Of a DNA stretch of 32,000 nt, positions 8,895 to 16,750 are shown piece by piece (position 1 is the stretch's first letter; each line of letters opens with the position of its first letter). The notes below the pieces were generated by a model. The model had not been told where the DNA came from and did no database searches. It saw only the letters and a program-made list of their open reading frames with translations. Location: the NCBI GenBank assembly GCA_934246625.1, contig CAKQHZ010000002.1:60001-92000 (forward strand), written 5' to 3'. This stretch comes from an uncultured Alphaproteobacteria bacterium (lineage in GTDB: Bacteria; Pseudomonadota; Alphaproteobacteria; Rs-D84; CACZYB01). The position numbers and the translations under genes are program-made.

Positions 8895-10940
8895 TTACTT
8901 CAAACCGCACATACAATTCCTAAATTTAATAGCAGACCTCTTCAACTCTGTAATAGTTGATATTGGGTCAGCCAACTCTGTCCCATCATTTGATGCCCAA
9001 CCAACATACTTTTTCCATTCAGGCAAAGAGGAAGTATCACAATTATTCGGATTTGAAGACATATTTGAAATTATAGTAATAAACTTTTCCGCAACATCTA
9101 ACTCTATTGCCACATTATCAACATACTTAATATTCGGAATACTTGGACATTCCTTTGTAACAGAAGTTGTCGCAACAGAGGACTTTCCTGTGGTTGAAAC
9201 GCCACTACTACTTTTTCTTCCACTACTTGCACCACCACTAGCACAAGCACACTTTTTAATTTGACTCATAACCCCGACAATATCACTTTCACTAGGACAA
9301 GCCCTTCCATTACCAATCTTCTTACACTCATCATAGGCTTTAAACAAACTTATCAACCTTTGCTTTTCATTATTTGTGCAATTTGGTAAAGTATGAGTTT
9401 CCAAAAATGTATCCCACTTTTTCCTTGTTTCATATTTGATGTTAAGGTCTGGCACATCGGCACAATCACCACCACTGCCACCATTACCACCACAAAAAGA
9501 AGCACAATTATTGTATAAATACAATGACGCACCATTTGCATATTGACTTCCAAACTGTGTAAATGATTGTCCGAACACAGAATTGATTCGTCCCAAGGTC
9601 AAAGAAATTTTGTAATCAAAACGACCGGAAGATTCGCCAATACAGAAGAACTCATTACCACCACTGGTAAAACGTTCATACCAATTTCGTGTGCCGAGAT
9701 TCCCACTTGCACAATTTGGGAAAAATACCTTACAAATTCCACCTTTTGTTAAGCTAAAGTTTTGTGATGGCAAAGCACTTGAACAATTTGAAGCCCCACT
9801 TACACCAACAGACGGAGAAGAATAAGGTGATGATGAAGATGGCATTTTCAAATCGGTCAAAGAAACATTATCATCATTATCATTGACCGTAACATTACTT
9901 TTTCCAACGGCTGTCATATCACCAGTTCCAAGCCCCAAATTCAACCCAACGAAATTTGAAAGTTTTGTTTTCACACATTCGCTACTTGTATTGCCTTGTT
10001 CATACCCATACTTACAAACCAATCGGCATTCAGGAGCCCCATCTTCCACAAATTGCCATCTTTCACCACCAACTGGCAAAGGGGAATTAAGGCAGTCCAC
10101 ACTTCTGAACCAATAATTAACAATCTTGTTTGCGGTTGCACGGCCAAGCTCCTCCGCCTGAGCCCTCGCCCTTACATAAGCCAAATTTTCACGATTATCA
10201 AGGTCATAATCATTGACCTTTGTCAAAGAATAATCCTCCTCGCCACAGGCAAGTTCAGCCATTTCCATATATCCAGCCAAAACGCCATCAACAACCTGAC
10301 GCCAATTTTCACGTTTTTTTGTATTTTGCCCAGTCAACAACATATCCATCTGGGCCCCGATATTTGAATCGCCATAATCACCCGCCTTATAAAAACGGTC
10401 CACCATATTTTCATCACGGCTTTGATTATACCCACAAAGAGTTGTCAACTTTGAACGCAAAGAGGCATCAATACTTCCATCAGACGCAATCATTTCCGCC
10501 CAACACTTTTTTGCGGATTCAAGGGCAAGTGAGGCACTTTGACATTCCTTTGTTGACTTTTTCAACGCGGTTTCAATTTTATCCTTTCCCGCAAGCAAAG
10601 AAACAATATAATTATAGGTATAAGCCTTACACCCAGTATTCAAATTCAATTCCTTTATCACGGCACGTGTATCCAAACAATCTTCGACATTAAGTTGTAT
10701 AGTCGAAGCTGACACACTTCCACATTTTGAATACACCCCCTTTTCCAAAGTTTTTTTATCAAAACAATAACGATTAAAACAATAATCAATATTTTCACGA
10801 CATTCTGTTTCAGAAGGGTCCTTTAACTTCACAGAAGAAGTTGTATTTAACGAAGTCCTTTTTTTTGAAGATGTTCTTGCCGCCATAAGGTTCAAAGAGG
10901 CACAAGTCAAACCAATAACAAACACGAAAAATTTTTTCAT
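8895..10940 (-). CDS. large exported cysteine-rich protein D (681 aa), unknown family
   Basis: Signal peptide MKKFFVFVIGLTCASLNLMA|ARTSSKKRTS, then a basic Ser/Thr-rich linker and C-x6-C (ECRENIDYC). I count 31 Cys (30 after the signal peptide). An internal G/S-rich patch is present (CGGNGGSGGDC). No enzymatic or beta-barrel motif recognised. Confidence 0.88.
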   Translation of the reverse strand: MKKFFVFVIGLTCASLNLMAARTSSKKRTSLNTTSSVKLKDPSETECRENIDYCFNRYCFDKKTLEKGVYSKCGSVSASTIQLNVEDCLDTRAVIKELNLNTGCKAYTYNYIVSLLAGKDKIETALKKSTKECQSASLALESAKKCWAEMIASDGSIDASLRSKLTTLCGYNQSRDENMVDRFYKAGDYGDSNIGAQMDMLLTGQNTKKRENWRQVVDGVLAGYMEMAELACGEEDYSLTKVNDYDLDNRENLAYVRARAQAEELGRATANKIVNYWFRSVDCLNSPLPVGGERWQFVEDGAPECRLVCKYGYEQGNTSSECVKTKLSNFVGLNLGLGTGDMTAVGKSNVTVNDNDDNVSLTDLKMPSSSSPYSSPSVGVSGASNCSSALPSQNFSLTKGGICKVFFPNCASGNLGTRNWYERFTSGGNEFFCIGESSGRFDYKISLTLGRINSVFGQSFTQFGSQYANGASLYLYNNCASFCGGNGGSGGDCADVPDLNIKYETRKKWDTFLETHTLPNCTNNEKQRLISLFKAYDECKKIGNGRACPSESDIVGVMSQIKKCACASGGASSGRKSSSGVSTTGKSSVATTSVTKECPSIPNIKYVDNVAIELDVAEKFITIISNMSSNPNNCDTSSLPEWKKYVGWASNDGTELADPISTITELKRSAIKFRNCMCGLK

Positions 10941-11059
10941 TTTCTCTCTCTTTTAAATTAAAATTTCTAAAGTAATTATAAGATATAAAAACGACTTTCT
11001 CAATAAAAAAATAGACATTAAAAAATAACTTGCTATAATCAAAACCAAAGGAGGATAAA

Positions 11060-11500
11060 ATGAAAATTTTAACTGGAACATTATGTGCGTTTTTATTATG
11101 TGGTTGTATCACCCGCGAATACAAATCTGGTATTCCAATACGACAAAGTCAAATAACACAAATAAAAAATGCCACAAGCAAAAAGGACATTTACGAAATT
11201 TTGGGTTCTCCTGCATCAATAAATTTTGTTGGCAATGAAAAATGGTTTTATTACACAGCCGAAGGGGACATATTTGCATTTTTGGATCCAATGTTTTCAA
11301 AATATGAAATACTTTCAATTCAATTTAATGCAAACGATGAAATTGAAAAAATCAAATTAACAAATATAAGTAATAAAAAAATACAGATTAACGAGGATAA
11401 AAAAACACAGCTTCCATCTGCAATCGAATTAAATTTCTTTCAGGAATTATTTGGAAACATTGGAAAATTTAATTCATCTGGTGTTCCAACATCAAATTAA
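11060..11500 (+). CDS. bamE: outer membrane protein assembly factor BamE (SmpA/OmlA lipoprotein)
   Basis: Lipobox LLCGC, then ..KKDIYEILGSPASINFVGNEKWFYY.. and the C-terminal ..FFQELFGNIGKF.. seen in alphaproteobacterial BamE. SD aaggagg lies upstream. Confidence 0.7.
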   Translation: MKILTGTLCAFLLCGCITREYKSGIPIRQSQITQIKNATSKKDIYEILGSPASINFVGNEKWFYYTAEGDIFAFLDPMFSKYEILSIQFNANDEIEKIKLTNISNKKIQINEDKKTQLPSAIELNFFQELFGNIGKFNSSGVPTSN

Positions 11501-11525
11501 AAGGGACAAAATCAATAAATAAAAA

Positions 11526-11558
11526 GGGTGCCGTTTTAAAATTGCACCCCATTTTTCT
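11526..11558. terminator. bidirectional Rho-independent terminator (bamE on + and paralog A on -)
   Basis: Stem gggtgc (11526-11531) pairs with gcaccc (11545-11550). A T-run lies 3' on the plus strand and an A5 run 5' (T5 on the minus strand). Confidence 0.7.
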
Positions 11559-11572
11559 TATTTGAAAAAGTT

Positions 11573-14500
11573 TTAGAATCGATAGATTGACACATCACCA
11601 GGTCCACCACCCCAACCGTAATTCTCACCTACATCACCACAACCACCTCTTCGAATATCATTTGTTCCATGTCTAGAGCCACTTTTTGAACAATCTGAAG
11701 ATTTTTTACCTTCAACATAGTCTAGGTCAGTAGCATTATCACCATTATGACATGACCAATGCATGAACTTTGCTCTAGTATAACTACCTTCAGCACCATT
11801 ACCACCTTCTGATACAATAGAAACTAATTCTGGTATACTAAAACTTGATGAGCCACCTTTACCACCATCACCTGCATCTTTACCTGCCTTAGCTGAACTA
11901 CCACCTTTACCACCAGCACCTACTGTATAGGTAAAGGCTGTATCATTGACAACAATAAATGTTTCATATTTATATTGTCCCCAACCACCATCACCACCAG
12001 ATGTTTGACAACCGAACACACTACCGCCACCGCCACCGCCGGCACCTTGAACAACAACTTTATACACACCTGCGGACAATGTGCCACTTCCGCCTTCCAT
12101 TTTAACCTTTTGTGAATCGGTGTGTTCAAAGCTAAATTCACGAATTTTTGTCTGTATATTCTTCATTGCATTTGATTTATCGAAATCTGGCAAATCAACA
12201 CATGTAAGTTCAGGATATTCCGCATTTGATAATGCATCATAGTTTGCATCACCTGTAATTCCATACGCACTGTTTGGTTTTACATAAACATTACCTGAAG
12301 AATTTGCCTTTACCGTTAATAATTTAAGGGCATTTACAAAATCAAAACCACTAATTGAACTTGAATGATTAACAAAATAATCTGTCATTTGTGAACCAAT
12401 TTCGGAACATTTGTTAAGCACACTGGTTCCATTTGTTTCCATAACTGCACTTTTCATTTTTTCCACATTTGCAAGATATTGTTTATCCTGTTGTGTTTTT
12501 GTGGTATTGGCTTCCATTTCATAATTTGCCTTGTCAATCGCAGTTTGAACCTTTTGTTGTGCTAACTCTGCCTTTGCAGTAATAGTGTTAATTGTTCGGG
12601 TTGCATCATCTTTTTTCAATGCGTTTGCAACATCGGAAATGGTTGTAATATCTTTAACTTTATTTTTAATAATCACAGCCAAAGCATCTTCAAGATAATT
12701 TTTGATTTGTGTATCAAATTTTGCATAGCTTGTATCACGCACAGAAATCAAGTTTGCTTCATACATATCACATGATTTTTTTGCACTCATAAAATCAAGT
12801 TCGGCATAATCGGTATTTGTGTTATATGTTCCATCAGAAGATGGTTCCACATCTGATTTTGGCCAAAAACCTGACAAATAATATCTTTCCAAATCTGCCT
12901 TGTATGTAGCTTTACATGAAGCAAGTAAGGTTTTGTTTTTATTAAATTCACGATAGGTTTGGGCGACAGTTGAACTAACACCGCTTAATGACTTTGTCTT
13001 TCCATCAAAACAATAATTTGAAGCTCTGTTAAACAAAGCACTTGGGAATACCAATCCAGCCCCAAGAGGTGGCACTACGTTAATAGAAAACAAAGAACTA
13101 TCTCTGTTGATACCTAAATCGGTATAAATACTTCTTGCATCTTTTTCCTCTTCTTGTTGAGAGGCAACAAAGCAAGCCTGTGAATTACCACAAGTTGAAT
13201 TTCCCTGACATTTACGGATAAGTTCATTCCATGTTGAACCCGCAGGACATCTTGCACACTTTTTTTGCAAGCTATCATAAGTATCATTGTCTAATGGACA
13301 AGCCTGTGAAGAAGAACTTGTCGTTGAAACAAACTCCGCCGTTGACACATTTGCATCAAAATATTTTTTGTTTTCTGAATCATAAAGTTGGCATGCACCG
13401 ACAGAAGCATTATATTTATATCCATCACTACACTTTGTTGATGTGTTAAGCAAAGATGATATATCAAAAGTTTTAAGTGTTTCCAAACCTAAACCTTCGA
13501 TTCGTTGTTTATAAAGTTCAGAATTTGTGAAATTAACCATCTTAAGTTCACCAGAATCAAGTCGTTTCAATGCCTCCTTATAATATTCCGCAGAAGATGT
13601 TGTTCCAAACACATTTGCAATTTCGGCACGAACCTTTGCATCACCTGTTAAACCATCGGTGTTTGTATCTTCTGATGAAAGGACACAATAATTTGTTTTA
13701 ACACCAATAGCACTTTTAAGTGTGGTATTTCGTAAATCACAATAATAATTATATGCAAAATACAAATCGTTCACATCACGTGCGGAACAATTACTATTTA
13801 CAAAATCTTGATATTCCGAAGAAGTTGCTTGCAAATCTCCTGAATCTTTATAGGTATTTACCAAGACCTTTTCTTTACATAATTTTTGATATGTTTTCCA
13901 ATTATTATCAAAAGTTTTGTTTGCGGATAAAAACGCATTCAAAGTTTTATATTTTTCACAAGTTGCGCAAATTCCTGTTTTTGCCTTTGTATTTAGTGTC
14001 AATGTTGCATCACCAGATTCGGAACAAGTCGCACTTGTCAAATAACTTGAAAATTGGTTGTTTATATATGAATTAATATTGTCCTGAGCAATATTAAAAC
14101 TTGCCAAAGTTGATTCGTTTAACACAGAACGACAACTTGAAACCACCTGCATATTTTGTGGTAATTGGGAATTTGACCTATCATAAAACAAACATCTGAA
14201 AGGTTCCTGTGTATCAAGATAAGCCTGAACCGCTTCATCATCATAAAGATATGTGTATTTATCAATAACATCGTTGATTTGAGAATCCATACATGACACA
14301 AATGCTTCACGACATTTTTGTTCTTCCACCTTTTGAGAAGATGCACTTTCAGAAAGATTTTTACCTATCTTTGATGCCAATGATGATGTTGTTGCGGCAC
14401 GTCTTGTATTTAATCTTGTTTTTGCATTACCACCAGTTGCGGCACGCTTTCTTGAACCTGCTCTTGCAGTTTTTTTAGAAGATGATTTTTTTGCACCAGT

Positions 14501-14635
14501 ATTTGCCTTTCGCACAGATTTTTTTGTTGTTTTTTTAACTTGTGAAAAAGCAATATCAACATATGAAGTAAATGAAATCATTACTGCAATAAAATAAACA
14601 AGAATATGCTTTAACATTTTTTTAATCATTTTCAT
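11573..14635 (-). CDS. large exported cysteine-rich protein, tandem paralog A (1020 aa) with C-terminal glycine-rich domain; function unknown
   Basis: Signal peptide (..FIAVMISFTSYVDIAFS|QVKK), a ~75-aa Lys/Arg/Ser/Ala/Thr linker, and a motif scaffold shared with B and C (CREAFVSCMDSQI, PFRCLFYD, LYFAYNYYCD, LFSINVVPPLGAG, LERYYLSG, SAKKSCDMYE, CVDLPDF). I count 28 Cys. The start ATG overlaps the stop of B (ATGA). Confidence 0.92.
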   Translation of the reverse strand: MKMIKKMLKHILVYFIAVMISFTSYVDIAFSQVKKTTKKSVRKANTGAKKSSSKKTARAGSRKRAATGGNAKTRLNTRRAATTSSLASKIGKNLSESASSQKVEEQKCREAFVSCMDSQINDVIDKYTYLYDDEAVQAYLDTQEPFRCLFYDRSNSQLPQNMQVVSSCRSVLNESTLASFNIAQDNINSYINNQFSSYLTSATCSESGDATLTLNTKAKTGICATCEKYKTLNAFLSANKTFDNNWKTYQKLCKEKVLVNTYKDSGDLQATSSEYQDFVNSNCSARDVNDLYFAYNYYCDLRNTTLKSAIGVKTNYCVLSSEDTNTDGLTGDAKVRAEIANVFGTTSSAEYYKEALKRLDSGELKMVNFTNSELYKQRIEGLGLETLKTFDISSLLNTSTKCSDGYKYNASVGACQLYDSENKKYFDANVSTAEFVSTTSSSSQACPLDNDTYDSLQKKCARCPAGSTWNELIRKCQGNSTCGNSQACFVASQQEEEKDARSIYTDLGINRDSSLFSINVVPPLGAGLVFPSALFNRASNYCFDGKTKSLSGVSSTVAQTYREFNKNKTLLASCKATYKADLERYYLSGFWPKSDVEPSSDGTYNTNTDYAELDFMSAKKSCDMYEANLISVRDTSYAKFDTQIKNYLEDALAVIIKNKVKDITTISDVANALKKDDATRTINTITAKAELAQQKVQTAIDKANYEMEANTTKTQQDKQYLANVEKMKSAVMETNGTSVLNKCSEIGSQMTDYFVNHSSSISGFDFVNALKLLTVKANSSGNVYVKPNSAYGITGDANYDALSNAEYPELTCVDLPDFDKSNAMKNIQTKIREFSFEHTDSQKVKMEGGSGTLSAGVYKVVVQGAGGGGGGSVFGCQTSGGDGGWGQYKYETFIVVNDTAFTYTVGAGGKGGSSAKAGKDAGDGGKGGSSSFSIPELVSIVSEGGNGAEGSYTRAKFMHWSCHNGDNATDLDYVEGKKSSDCSKSGSRHGTNDIRRGGCGDVGENYGWGGGPGDVSIYRF

Positions 14636-16644
14636 TTCCCTTCATTTTCATTTTCTTTTGACACACTTTTATCTGGGAAAGTTTCTTCTAAATGCTTTTT
14701 AACTTGATCCTTTACAGTAGCCCCATAACTTGTTTCCAAATTACCAGGTAAATTAGAAAGGAATGCTAACTTATAACTAAATGTTGGAATATCAACACAA
14801 TAAATTTGATAATATCCAGCAGTCTTACCCTTATCCGCACTTCCATTTGAAATTGCAATATATTTATCATAATTGGAATCTGATGAAGGGATAACATCAC
14901 CTTCACGGTTAATTTTAACTGACTTTGCCTTTAGATTACCAATCCAATTCCAAAATTGAGATTTAACTTCATCTTTTGAAAAGCAAGAAGCTCCACTACT
15001 TCCACAATCAGTATTATAACTATTCAAAATCATAGTAGAACACTTTGTCAATGCTGGTGTAGCATAAGTAGAAGCGAAAGTTGATGCCAATTCCTTTTGT
15101 GAAGATGCCTTTTGCACAGCAACATTTGACAATGTCAAATTATATTCAGATTCGGCCAATGCAGCATCACCCTCAGCCTTTAATTTAGCCATTGCCATTT
15201 CACTTTCAACCTTTGAACGTTCATTTGTAATTTGGTTATCTAACTTTTTCAAATTTGTTTCAGCAGCAGCAAGTGAAGCAGTAGACTTCATCTTCTTTTT
15301 TACCATTTTTGCAAGATTATCTTCAATCCAATTTTGCATTTGGTTATCAAATTCACCATACTTTTTATCACGTGTAGAAATCAAAGCCTGTTCATATAAA
15401 CCACAACTTTCCTTTGCAGAAAAGAAAGCGGATGTAATATCTTCGGTTGTTCCACCTTCTATTTGATTACCATTGTCATCAACCTTTACACCTTCCCATT
15501 TTCCAGACAAATAATATCTTTGAAGGTTATCTTTTAAAGATATACAATTATTTGAATTAAATTGAGCAATTTGTTTATTTCGCGTGCGAATTGCTTCCTT
15601 TTGTGCAGTTGTTCCAACAACTTCAGAAGCCTCCGTCTTTAAACAATTATTTGAAGCTGTATTAAATTGAGCACTTGCCAAATAAGCATTTGCCCCAATC
15701 GGTGGCACAACATTAATAGAAAATAATTCCGTTTCATCCTCTAAATTTAATTGATTAAAAATTTCTGAACCAATTTTACCGTTAATAACATAAGAATCTT
15801 CATTTTCCAAATCAAGTTGGTTAATAAAATTTTTATAAATAGTAGAACTTTCAAGGTTAATCATTTGAAGTCCATCATTACTCATACGTTTCAAAACTTC
15901 ATTATAATAAGCAACACTATACTTTGTTGCAAAATTTGAACCTGCAGACAAATCGCATTGATTTATCTTTCTTCCAATATTGTTTTTTAATTTACGTTGA
16001 ATATCACAAAAATAATTATATGAATTATAAAGTTCATTCACACCACGTTGAGTATAACAACTTTCTTCTGTGATACCAATACAAGTTTTTTTATCATCAT
16101 TTAAAGCAGACGTATTTGATTTTAAAACATTTGAATTTGGGTCATAAAATACACATCTGAAAGGTTGACCAGTTTCAAGTGCAAGCTCCACAGATTCATC
16201 ATCACTTAAAAAAGAATACTTTGAAAGAGTGCTTGAAATTTGATTATCCATACAATCCACATAAAGATTGATACAAGTTTGTTCTGATGCAGTTGTATTA
16301 TCATTTAACTGATTCATAAATGATAAACTTTTACCAATAGTTGTTCTTACAGTTGCGGCACGTCTTGAATTTCTTCTGGAATTTCTAGTTGTTGCGGCAC
16401 GCCTACTATTTTTTCCAGACAAAGTTCTTTTCTTTGATGTTGCCTGTCTTTTTACACCAGCAGAAGATTTTCTTACACCTGAAGATGAGTTTGATTTCTT
16501 TCTGGCGCCACCTGCTTTTCTTACTGTTTTCTTTGCCACCTTTCTAGGTGCAGCACCCACAGGCAAAGAAACTGAAAGCACAGTAATTCCAGAATATAAA
16601 AATACCAACAATGGTATCATAAATTTTTTTAATACTAACTTCAT
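14632..16644 (-). CDS. large exported cysteine-rich protein, tandem paralog B (~670 aa), shortest member; function unknown
   Basis: Signal peptide MKLVLKKFMIPLLVFLYSGITVLSVSLPVGA|APRK, a basic linker with RRAAT repeats, and the same motif scaffold (CINLYVDCMDNQI, PFRCVFYD, LYNSYNYFCD, ELFSINVVPPIGA, LQRYYLSG, SAKESCGLYE, IYCVDIPTF). I count 14 Cys. The start is ATG 16644 or upstream TTG 16656. Confidence 0.9.
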   Translation of the reverse strand: MKLVLKKFMIPLLVFLYSGITVLSVSLPVGAAPRKVAKKTVRKAGGARKKSNSSSGVRKSSAGVKRQATSKKRTLSGKNSRRAATTRNSRRNSRRAATVRTTIGKSLSFMNQLNDNTTASEQTCINLYVDCMDNQISSTLSKYSFLSDDESVELALETGQPFRCVFYDPNSNVLKSNTSALNDDKKTCIGITEESCYTQRGVNELYNSYNYFCDIQRKLKNNIGRKINQCDLSAGSNFATKYSVAYYNEVLKRMSNDGLQMINLESSTIYKNFINQLDLENEDSYVINGKIGSEIFNQLNLEDETELFSINVVPPIGANAYLASAQFNTASNNCLKTEASEVVGTTAQKEAIRTRNKQIAQFNSNNCISLKDNLQRYYLSGKWEGVKVDDNGNQIEGGTTEDITSAFFSAKESCGLYEQALISTRDKKYGEFDNQMQNWIEDNLAKMVKKKMKSTASLAAAETNLKKLDNQITNERSKVESEMAMAKLKAEGDAALAESEYNLTLSNVAVQKASSQKELASTFASTYATPALTKCSTMILNSYNTDCGSSGASCFSKDEVKSQFWNWIGNLKAKSVKINREGDVIPSSDSNYDKYIAISNGSADKGKTAGYYQIYCVDIPTFSYKLAFLSNLPGNLETSYGATVKDQVKKHLEETFPDKSVSKENENEGK

Positions 16645-16712
16645 CTTTCCGTCCAACTATCCATATATTAAAGATATAACAGAAATTACCAAAAGTCAAT
16701 AAGTTATCAACA

Positions 16713-16740
16713 TAAAAAAAGAAGGGTCAAAGCCCTTCTC
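16713..16740 (-). terminator. Rho-independent terminator between paralog C and paralog B
   Basis: On the minus strand, agaaggg pairs with cccttct (16720-16726 / 16733-16739) and is followed by a T7 run (plus-strand A7 at 16714-16720). A TTGACT -35-like hexamer (16699-16694, minus) lies just downstream. Confidence 0.75.
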
Positions 16741-16750
16741 TTAAAATAAA

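Noticed and set aside
9996-10693. Two sizeable plus-strand ORFs (123 and 157 aa) antisense to protein D
   Set aside because: They lie entirely inside the much longer minus-strand ORF and have no SD. Their translations are low-complexity and Pro/His/Gln-rich, as expected for the reverse frame of a real gene. Similar shadow ORFs are listed inside A, B, C, lepB and gltX.
11576-11620. The C-terminal ..GDVSIYRF of paralog A as an OMP beta-signal or autotransporter barrel
   Set aside because: Only the terminal aromatic residues fit. Upstream there is no ~250-300 aa region of alternating amphipathic strands, and the region is Gly/Cys-rich instead.
14380-14460. RR dipeptides in the N-terminal regions as twin-arginine (Tat) signals
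   Set aside because: The RR motifs lie 40-80 residues downstream of the hydrophobic core and predicted cleavage site. A Tat motif must precede the h-region.
14466-14625. Multiple A7/T7 homopolymer runs in the 5' parts of the paralog genes as slipped-strand phase-variation switches
   Set aside because: The runs are only 7 nt and simply encode Lys-Lys (AAAAAA) in the basic linkers. Similar runs are common throughout this AT-rich window, including in housekeeping genes such as lepB.
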